In this document: positions 9,501 through 16,128 of the stretch, one piece after another | How positions within the stretch are numbered: the first letter of the stretch is position 1 | Layout of the letters: every line of letters starts with the position of its first letter | NCBI GenBank assembly: GCA_030650795.1 | Contig: JAUSDJ010000017.1 | Location: forward strand, 260,077 to 324,076 | Length of the DNA stretch: 64,000 bases | Source of the DNA: Actinomycetota bacterium | GTDB lineage: Bacteria > Actinomycetota > Actinomycetes > S36-B12 | Reading direction: 5' to 3' | The notes under the pieces: model-generated | Databases searched by the model: none | The model's input: the letters and a program-made list of their open reading frames with translations, nothing else | What the model was told of the DNA's origin: nothing | Made by a program: the position numbers and the translations under genes

Positions 9501-9860
9501 GATGACCGAGAAGTAGGGGCCCGCGGCGATACGGGCCTGACGATTTCGCTCCGTTCGTACGCGAACTCGCTCACCGGTTTGCCGGTCAATTCCATACATC
9601 GCGTCACGCACAATGCGGCCGTCGGCTAGCGTCAGCTGCTCTCCTGGGCGATAAGCCAACCTCGCGGCCGTGACCCCCTCGCCGAGGAACCAGACCTGCC
9701 TCGAGTCGACGGATTCCGACCCCAATCGGTAGTCGACTTGGGCCTCCCGGGCAGCCACGGAGGCAGACTTATCCGGTGTGATTCCGCCCAATCTGTAACC
9801 CACCTGCGCACCCAAATCGGCGCCGTGAGTGAGCATTTGGCAATGACCGCTGCGAGCCAT
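6591..9860 (-). CDS. MOBF-type conjugative relaxase fused to a RecD-like helicase (TraA/TrwC family)
   Basis: 1089-aa ORF. It has the relaxase histidine motif YSRELDPHLHGHVMIPN and a helicase Walker A VIGAAGSGKTT, followed by DEASM and a C-terminal UvrD/RecD-like region (HKLQGQTVD). Confidence 0.85.
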   Translation of the reverse strand: MARSGHCQMLTHGADLGAQVGYRLGGITPDKSASVAAREAQVDYRLGSESVDSRQVWFLGEGVTAARLAYRPGEQLTLADGRIVRDAMYGIDRQTGERVRVRTERNRQARIAAGPYFSVIKEACELAEIHPEDLWPKRNLSSQLRSVARAAGRSNGTVVIRTAEALLRSNEHAWAMYWARDRQGLEFEPPPVQFDREEVMRLLGAHHRALEESCQQQVFDGKPLDYSLSDKKLGEWIWGRVLEQSEETSVVGNAGYELTLTCPKSFSVAAFVADPSTREQWLATVRDAARQAADGLMARVAHGRAGHEGDGQKSLPIRGLGYSATVSIESYSRELDPHLHGHVMIPNRVVCVDGVERTMATGGADLVNHSWWLQAQFERCLRQLSTQRGLVTGWEFDLADRQWEVIGADTDLMAFYSQAQARVHGETLESLHEESVGVTRARLQVLDSRAKRKVTSAKGEQTLTWGQVRARMIDRADEFGIDLGSAFGAVPLDFAQQPRAWDVDFWARTVEEIVCENKGAEITARIEAAVRAFAPHDWSEEQVRAMLSEVVAREFTTGEVTARGRVGVRKHASNRIADAERRACEAFAAASEQNKHALDPEAALLGLEQWRELSGWTQQSLSFTPGQLALFTQMTTGRDSVSTVIGAAGSGKTTAIDAARTVLAARGQRVYGVCVAAIAAQALRDTAGVQAGTVTWLTMRINFARDPQDPIRIKADELARSGRRRERALAQRICTRFSLPQMDHLVIDEASMIPATDMATVLEWAADNDITVTLIGDHRQLQPVGPSGLFRQFHESRPGAELVENLRQRTDVGRECAAFLRDGDPEQALLKLADAGQLVVVASQTEAERVLISAWAERAEGCPEPLERLHATGLESDRNDQVEILNTLARVEARNRGWITGGDVIFRDRGLTRSIAIGDQIVITKNITRGQNRSLSNGTRAVVASVDDKGIEIAYRDGDKVCTSHLTALQVMRNARHGYAMTTHKLQGQTVDSLVIDVGPDRDMSSAYVAFTRHRNDVLAVVNIADIADGEQAAALMAAGPDARRDAVIAMTAERMSQRGFIEQPTAHAALRRPLPLSPRPDQGLGMAG

Positions 9861-10091
9861 CTTCAGGCCCCCGATCCGGCAGGCCGGACGGCGCGGAGCA
9901 TCTGGATGCCAGCCCGGGAGGTGTTCGTGGGCTTGTGGCTTGTGTCCTTGTCCTTGGGGTCTTCGTGGTGCTCTGGTGTGTGATTGATATTCATAGTTTC
10001 GGTGTCCTTCGTGGTCGTGTGGTCTGGTCTGCTTCTCGTGATTCGATGCCTTGAGTTCTTGGTCTCAGCTTTCACAACGGTGTCGGGGCCC

Positions 10092-10163
10092 CGGTACCTC
10101 GCATTCACGCCGGCCAGGGCGACGCGAACTTGCGAGGTACCGACCCTGCTAACACCGTTGAAC
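10092..10163 (+). promoter_or_regulatory. Island intergenic motif copy A, plus a 12-bp perfect inverted repeat (CGGTACCTCGCA 10092-10103 / TGCGAGGTACCG 10131-10142)
   Basis: GCGAACTTGCGAGGTACCGA...CACCGTTGAAC at 10124-10163 matches copies at 24666-24704 and 31196-27. It lies between the divergent relaxase gene and the 10210 ORF. Confidence 0.5.
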
Positions 10164-10209
10164 GAAGTGACGGGTCGACACCGGCCCGCGCCGACAAGGA
10201 GTTCCACTC

Positions 10210-10497
10210 GTGAACAATGACTTCCTGACCGCATCGACCATCGCCGCCAAGGACCTCACGGCGGCGCAGGCCAAGCGAGCCGGGCTCGAGGCCAAGGCCA
10301 GCGATCGTCTCGCCAGGGCTCAAGACCGGTACCCCCTCGATCTCACCGACGCTCGCCGCGTCGAAGCTGAGGCGTGGAAGCAGCTCATGGAGGTACCGGG
10401 CATGACGGCCGCTACCGCGGCGCATATCGGAGGGACCACGGCTATCAAGGTCAGCCGCTGGATTTCCTCCCGTGTCGAGGACTCGGCATGCAGCTGA
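10210..10497 (+). CDS. Hypothetical 95-aa protein (possible small HTH or relaxosome accessory protein)
   Basis: The GTG start has AAGGAG 8 nt upstream (10196-10201). The gene is divergent from the relaxase, and the segment AAHIGGTTAIKVSRWIS looks HTH-like. Confidence 0.5.
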   Translation: MNNDFLTASTIAAKDLTAAQAKRAGLEAKASDRLARAQDRYPLDLTDARRVEAEAWKQLMEVPGMTAATAAHIGGTTAIKVSRWISSRVEDSACS

Positions 10498-11207
10498 CGC
10501 CGCGCACTCTGGGCATGGCACTTGGTGCCTGCCTGGCAGGCGGCCTGGTCGTTGGCGCCGCGACGGTCATCAGCCCCAGCATCGGAGTCATCAACCCCAC
10601 CCCGGAAGCGGCTGCTTTATCGCCCGCCTATTCCGAGGCCGAACTCGGCGACATCCAGGTCACCTACCCAACACCCTCGATGCGGGTCGCCACACCGATG
10701 TCCGCCGCAACCCCGCCAGATGCGCAGCCCAACGCGCCCTTGTCAACAACCGCGCCGACTAGCGCCTCCACGCCAACACTCCCTGCACCGAAGGCAACAC
10801 CGACGGCGTCTCAAGTCACGAAGGACCCCAGCAGTCGGGATAGGACCAAGCCGACAGCAACGAAAACGAGCACCCCGACAAGACCCACCCTGCCGCCGAC
10901 ACAGGCGCCCAAGCCGACAGCAATTGCACCAGCAGTCCAGGGCTCAGCGACGCACCCGCTCCATGACTGGAAGCTGCCACATCTTGGTATCGGCGTGACT
11001 GACATCAGCGCACCGACACTGTCCTCAGGTGCACGTGTGCACGTCACGGTCATGTGTTCTCCCAGTTCAGCATGCAACGCCAGTGGCACTTCCCTGGCGA
11101 TCTCTCCGGAGGCGACGCACGTCTCAGTCACGTGGAGCGCGCCCGCTGACTCCAAGTGGCCCGCCTGGTCCCTCACGCGCGCCTACATGGGATCCGCTGC
11201 CGGGTGA
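10488..11207 (+). CDS. Membrane-anchored or secreted Pro/Thr-rich protein
   Basis: The ATG overlaps the stop of the upstream ORF. An N-terminal hydrophobic segment (LGMALGACLAGGLVVGAATVI) is followed by a long P/T/A/S/K-rich linker and a C-terminal domain. Confidence 0.55.
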   Translation: MQLTPRTLGMALGACLAGGLVVGAATVISPSIGVINPTPEAAALSPAYSEAELGDIQVTYPTPSMRVATPMSAATPPDAQPNAPLSTTAPTSASTPTLPAPKATPTASQVTKDPSSRDRTKPTATKTSTPTRPTLPPTQAPKPTAIAPAVQGSATHPLHDWKLPHLGIGVTDISAPTLSSGARVHVTVMCSPSSACNASGTSLAISPEATHVSVTWSAPADSKWPAWSLTRAYMGSAAG

Positions 11208-11256
11208 GTGTCGGACCGGACACCTACTCTGCCTGGATCGTCACGACGGAGGTTCC

Positions 11257-11475
11257 ATGATTGCGCTGATCGTCCTGGTCGCCCTGTCGCTCGTCATCGG
11301 CGCGGTGGTGGGGGCCACTGCACTGCTTGTGGCCGTCGGCAAGTTAATTTTCCGAGCGATGCGAAGCATCCCAGTCGAGACTCAGCCAGGGAGTGTGTCA
11401 GGGGTTCACCCGCCCCCTGTGGAGGTCGAGCAGGAATTCAATCGGATCATTTCGCGCGAATGGCCCAGCCCCTAG
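11257..11475 (+). CDS. Small single-pass membrane protein (72 aa)
   Basis: The ATG has GGAGG 4 nt upstream. The product begins MIALIVLVALSLVIGAVVGATALLVAVG, a transmembrane helix. Confidence 0.5.
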   Translation: MIALIVLVALSLVIGAVVGATALLVAVGKLIFRAMRSIPVETQPGSVSGVHPPPVEVEQEFNRIISREWPSP

Positions 11476-11481
11476 CACCAA

Positions 11482-13632
11482 CTACTGCGACGCTGACTCG
11501 CTGTCACGGATGTAAGTCACGCCGAAGCCAACGACTTGTCGGAACTCCTGACGGCGTGCGGCCACGTCGAACTGGCCCCCCGAGCCCTTCTGGAAGATGT
11601 CAAGGCCGCGACCGAGCAGCACCTTCCAGCCACTGTCGGTGCGGATCGACCGGTCGTGAACTGTGTCGTCCCACACGACGTTGAACTTGATACCGACCGA
11701 CGCGGCGCCATCCTGGATGTCCTTGAGCATGAGGAGGTGCTGTTGCTGGAACTCGCCCTTGTCTTCCTTGGTTACGAGCCTCACGGCAATCTCGTCAGCC
11801 GGGTCCTTGCCCGAGGCCAGAAGCGCGAGCAGGTCTACGAGGTTCCGACCCTGGTGCGGCAGGCGAACGTACGGGTCGACGATGGTGATTTCGGTCGCGC
11901 CGCGCAGGTACGGCAACAGCAAGGTCTCGTACGAGACGCCGCGCTGGTTCTCCTGGAACTCGCGGTGGCCCTCGAACAACGGCTCGGTCTTCGGTCCAAC
12001 CTCTGCAGGAGCAGCGCCGGTCGAGAGCACCGCGTCGGTGGTGCTAATAGACGACTCCTCGGCTTGGTGCTGGTGGTAGTACGCCGGATACTCGTCTTCC
12101 TCGAGGGTCGAAACTGCGTGCCAATCGCCTCCCTTGTCGTAGTAGCCAAACTTCACGTTGACCATGGTGCCGTCGATACGAAGGATCTGGTCCTTGACTC
12201 TCTTGCGCCCTTCGATGGCGAACCGCAGGATCTCCTCGATTTCCTTTTTAGCCGCCTCACCCTGCGGATACAAGATCTTCATCAGACCTGAGAACGTCTT
12301 GTGGATGCCGTCACGGTCGCGGGTGGAGATGTCTGAGCCCAAAGTGAAGTACTGCTGGTACCGGTCGGAGTAGTCGGCGTCGCGCATCGACTTGAGCACC
12401 TCTGCGATGTAATCGACGACGAAACCGTAGCCGTTAGAGAACATCTCGCCGCGGATCGTGTCGACCTCCCACCCGGGGATGTAGCAGTGCAGCCGATCGA
12501 GGAATGCCGAGTCGTGGTAGCTCTCAGGGAGTTCGTCGAATAGGTCCGAGTGTTTCAACATGAAGGGAACGTTGTGGGAAGTGTTGCCTACAAACACCAT
12601 TGATGCTTCGGCTCCCAAGGTCTCTACTCCGCGGGAGAAGGTCTTGTTCGCCATGTAGTTCTTCATGATGTCGACAAGGGCTTTATCGGTGCGCTTCTTC
12701 TTACCAGCGAACTCGTCGAACGCAACGACGTCCCAGTAGCCGACCAAGCCGATACGGCCGTTCGAGTTGTTGACGAAGAGCTTCGGAACCGTGACTTCGC
12801 CACCGGAGATCAGCATTCCGTGGGGCGAGAATTCCGAGAAGATGTGTGACTTGCCGGTGCCCTTAGGGCCGAGTTCGATGAGGTTGTAGTTTCGCTCGAC
12901 GAACGGAATCAGGCGGACGAGCTGGATGAGTTTGGCCCGGCGACCGAAAAGTTCAGGGTTGAAGCCGATGGACTGGATGAGAAGGTCGATCCATTCATCC
13001 GTCGTGAATTGGCGACGGGCAGTTACGTATCCGTCGAAGTCGAAGTTGGAGAGTTGAATCGGCTTAATGGATCCCAGGATCCAAGGCACGAAGTGAGGAC
13101 TGTCGCTGTGTGAGTACTCGATGTCGCAGATGCACCACACGCCACCTACCAACAACTTCGGATGGCTCTTGATGATCGCTGGCGAGACCAGCACCTGCTT
13201 GATGCCGAGGTTGGCAAACTCGGCTTCGTAGGTGTCCTCCTTGTCGTTGAGTTGCACCTGCACCTTGTCAATGATGCGGTAGCGGCCCTTTTCGCGAATG
13301 TTCGACTTCACCAGTTCGGCCCGGTTCCGGTGCACGTAGTGGTCGGCAAGGATCTTGCGTACGCTCTCGATTCCCGACTGGATCGTTGCCTCGTCGTCCG
13401 AGGCTGCGTACTGGCCGAGTAGGTACTCCAACACAAACGAGGGCACGATCGCGTTGCCCTTGACAGCCTTGACGAGGTCCTTGCGAACTACTGCGCCTCC
13501 AAAGAATTCGTTGATCTTCTGGTCGAGGGCTGACTTCACTGGTGGATTCGACGCAACGGGAGCATCGATAACGCCCTCTGGATAGTCGTCGTCGAATACA
13601 TCAGATTCGGTGCGTTCGGTCATCTCAGTCAC
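11482..13632 (-). CDS. brxL: BREX BrxL (AAA+/Lon-related ATPase) with atypical C-terminal MITD1-type PLD-like domain
   Basis: 716-aa ORF and the last gene of the locus. Walker A is LGPKGTGKSH and Walker B is VVAFDEF. The C-terminal ~140 aa reads IVDPYVRLPHQGRNL...VHDRSIRTDSGWKVLLGRGLDIF. Confidence 0.8.
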   Translation of the reverse strand: MTEMTERTESDVFDDDYPEGVIDAPVASNPPVKSALDQKINEFFGGAVVRKDLVKAVKGNAIVPSFVLEYLLGQYAASDDEATIQSGIESVRKILADHYVHRNRAELVKSNIREKGRYRIIDKVQVQLNDKEDTYEAEFANLGIKQVLVSPAIIKSHPKLLVGGVWCICDIEYSHSDSPHFVPWILGSIKPIQLSNFDFDGYVTARRQFTTDEWIDLLIQSIGFNPELFGRRAKLIQLVRLIPFVERNYNLIELGPKGTGKSHIFSEFSPHGMLISGGEVTVPKLFVNNSNGRIGLVGYWDVVAFDEFAGKKKRTDKALVDIMKNYMANKTFSRGVETLGAEASMVFVGNTSHNVPFMLKHSDLFDELPESYHDSAFLDRLHCYIPGWEVDTIRGEMFSNGYGFVVDYIAEVLKSMRDADYSDRYQQYFTLGSDISTRDRDGIHKTFSGLMKILYPQGEAAKKEIEEILRFAIEGRKRVKDQILRIDGTMVNVKFGYYDKGGDWHAVSTLEEDEYPAYYHQHQAEESSISTTDAVLSTGAAPAEVGPKTEPLFEGHREFQENQRGVSYETLLLPYLRGATEITIVDPYVRLPHQGRNLVDLLALLASGKDPADEIAVRLVTKEDKGEFQQQHLLMLKDIQDGAASVGIKFNVVWDDTVHDRSIRTDSGWKVLLGRGLDIFQKGSGGQFDVAARRQEFRQVVGFGVTYIRDSESASQ

Positions 13633-13635
13633 CCC

Positions 13636-16128
13636 TTAGAAGTCAAAGTCAGTCGTGAATGAGCGCTTGATGGTGTAGTTGGCCCTTGAGAAGGCCTTCC
13701 ATTGGTTCGTATTCGGGATGGGTTCTTCCAGCCGTAGCTCGACAGCGCGGTTGTTGAAGTCGTCGGCATCTTGTGTGAGGTACAGCGTGGCGGACTGGTA
13801 CCGCTCACGCTGGTCGTCCGCGTCACTGTCGAACACCAGCACCGGCTGATCGGAGATCAGCGTCTCACCCACGTAGAGACAAAGACGAACCTGACGCAAC
13901 TGAATCTTGTCGGTCACGGCCTCCCGCTGAAGCAGCTTCACGGTGAGTTGCCCGGTCGTGATCTTGTCGGTCTCGGGCATGAGATCGACCTCGACGGGGC
14001 GGATGTCGCTCTTGCGCTTCTTGTTGACCGTGACCACAGGGACGACGATTTCCTGAAGGGAAGCGCCACCGTGCACGTATCGCGTGCCAGCGCCTGGCAG
14101 CGGAATCCGATGAATTGACTTCGGAATCTGAATGTCAATGTCCCCAGACAAGCCGACTTGCGCAGAGGTGAATGTCATGAAGGACGGTGAGGGCTTCAAC
14201 GCCCTGCCCAACACGTAACGGCGATTGGTCTTAGTAACGGCATCCCCCTGCGGAGTCTCAGAGACGTAGTAGGACTGCTCCAGCGGGATGTCTTGATAAA
14301 GGAAGCCGTGGTCGGCAGTCAGCAGAATGTTCGTCGCGTTGGCGTTCGTCCATTTCTTCACGAGGAGCAACAGCTCCCGCAAAGTCTCCTCAGCGGCCTC
14401 GAAGACGGTGCGCTCCGTCGGTGCCTTGTCGCCAGCCGCGTCGATGCGGTCGTGGTAAACGTAGAAGATCTGGTGCTGCTTATAGAGATCGCGCAGTTCG
14501 TCTCCCGGCATTGCTAGCACAGCGGCGGCGGAAAGCGCGTGGCCCTTCACCGACTGCAGAATCTTGTCGCGGTTCGCCGTGCCGTCAGTGCGCTTCCCAT
14601 CAGCCAAGACAGGCAGCGCCTCGGGGTTCAACTCCAACGCGGACTGAGGTAGTAACGCGGCCATCCCCAGTTGGGTGTAACTCGGCAACACTCCTAACAC
14701 CGCCGAGAGGGATGCGTCGAAACGGTCCTCGTTGCGGATCAGGGAAGCTAGTTCTTCCGCAACCTCGTAGCGCATACCGTCAGAGATGATGACGACCGCC
14801 TTGGTTCGTCCATCCTTGACTACCGGAGCGACATGGTTGTCGAAGAACTTGGCCTGGGGCGCGAGTGCCGCCGATTTCCATTCAGTGACCGGTTCCAGGG
14901 TCTGTTGCCAGAGCCCACCGAAATCGTAGAGGAACTTATTCGCGTACTGCTTGTCCACCTCGGCCTTGAGGGCTTCAAGCGGCTGCTGGAATTCGGCAGA
15001 TTGATACGCGTATGTGAACCAGCGGTATTGCTGATCAATACGGAACCAGTCCGACTGGTACTTCTGCAATGCGATATCGAGAGCTCCAGTCGAACTAGGC
15101 AATGCGGTAATAGCTGCTAGAAGTTCCGAGGCGCTCTGAATAGCCGCGTATAACTTGGCGTACTTATGCGTCCAAAGGCTTTCCTGACGTTGCCGCACCA
15201 CGTCGGCCACGTCGCGAGGTGTGACCGCCTGGGTTGCCACGGCGGCGGCGAGGTCGACGATGACCTTGCGGTCGATCTCCTCAAAGATCGTGATCGAGAC
15301 CAACTCGTAATAGTCGGTGTGCTCGATCTTCGACTTGATATCGAGTGCGTCGGCAGCCCGAGAGGCGAGTTTCGCCATCATGTCTTGGCTGCGAACGTCG
15401 AAGCGCAGGCTGTTGAAGTCGATGCGAATATTGCGGTAGCGCCCTGGAGTGTCAGACTCGAACTTCTCGATGGCTCGACTGAACATCCAGAGTAAGAAGT
15501 CGTCGATCGTTGGATTGGCGCTGGGGTACTTGTAGATGTTGGTGAGGCCGTCCCAGAGGAATTGGTCGAGTCCGTAGGTGACGAGATCATCGAACTTGGT
15601 GTGCTTGGTTTCAGCGTTCTCAGCGAGGAGTTCCCTAGTGATATCGGTCAATGTGTGCCCGGAGGACTTCACAAGCACCTGGCACATCTTTGCGCGCAAT
15701 TTCATAGGGTCGTCCCCAGACGACAACAACTTCTCGAGTGCCTGCTTACGCACGGCGGCTGCGAAGAATTTCTGGTGCTGCTCAATGACCGGGCCGAGCG
15801 CAAGGTCGTTGAGACCGAGTTCCTGTTGGAGCATGGACGTCTTATCGGCCGTGAATACGCCATAGGCCAACTCAAGGTCCAGCAGCCAGTTGTCGGTGCC
15901 GCCCGGCACCTCACCCGCACGGTACACAAGGTGTCTGGTGACGTGGTCGGCGAGCAGCTCGCTCTTCACTCCGAACTCGTTGCCGTGCACCCGGATGATG
16001 TTGACGTTGCCGAAGTCAAGCGCGTCGACCTCAGCGTCATACTCTCCTGACGGATCGTGCCAGAACACGACTCGTTTCCCAGCGAGTCGCTTGTCCAGGG
16101 CGTCTTTGACGGAAGTCAGGTCACTCAT
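13636..16128 (-). CDS. pglZ: BREX PglZ alkaline-phosphatase-superfamily protein
   Basis: About 830 aa from ATG 16128, which overlaps the pglX stop by 8 nt. PglZ-type motifs VVIISDGMRYEV and LLTADHGFLY are present. Confidence 0.85.
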   Translation of the reverse strand: MSDLTSVKDALDKRLAGKRVVFWHDPSGEYDAEVDALDFGNVNIIRVHGNEFGVKSELLADHVTRHLVYRAGEVPGGTDNWLLDLELAYGVFTADKTSMLQQELGLNDLALGPVIEQHQKFFAAAVRKQALEKLLSSGDDPMKLRAKMCQVLVKSSGHTLTDITRELLAENAETKHTKFDDLVTYGLDQFLWDGLTNIYKYPSANPTIDDFLLWMFSRAIEKFESDTPGRYRNIRIDFNSLRFDVRSQDMMAKLASRAADALDIKSKIEHTDYYELVSITIFEEIDRKVIVDLAAAVATQAVTPRDVADVVRQRQESLWTHKYAKLYAAIQSASELLAAITALPSSTGALDIALQKYQSDWFRIDQQYRWFTYAYQSAEFQQPLEALKAEVDKQYANKFLYDFGGLWQQTLEPVTEWKSAALAPQAKFFDNHVAPVVKDGRTKAVVIISDGMRYEVAEELASLIRNEDRFDASLSAVLGVLPSYTQLGMAALLPQSALELNPEALPVLADGKRTDGTANRDKILQSVKGHALSAAAVLAMPGDELRDLYKQHQIFYVYHDRIDAAGDKAPTERTVFEAAEETLRELLLLVKKWTNANATNILLTADHGFLYQDIPLEQSYYVSETPQGDAVTKTNRRYVLGRALKPSPSFMTFTSAQVGLSGDIDIQIPKSIHRIPLPGAGTRYVHGGASLQEIVVPVVTVNKKRKSDIRPVEVDLMPETDKITTGQLTVKLLQREAVTDKIQLRQVRLCLYVGETLISDQPVLVFDSDADDQRERYQSATLYLTQDADDFNNRAVELRLEEPIPNTNQWKAFSRANYTIKRSFTTDFDF

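Noticed and set aside
9863-10234. 123-aa minus-strand ORF spanning the relaxase upstream region
   Set aside because: It covers motif A and the inverted repeat and is compositionally driven by the GT/CA-skewed tract. Only its last 43 codons (from ATG 9994, with a weak AAGGA RBS) might be real, and that is unproven.
10522-11684. 158-aa alternative-frame ORFs (10522-10998 and 11208-11684)
   Set aside because: They are Arg/Pro-rich shadows of the Pro/Thr-rich membrane protein gene and of the brxL 3' end. The frames chosen instead have signal or TM segments and RBSs.
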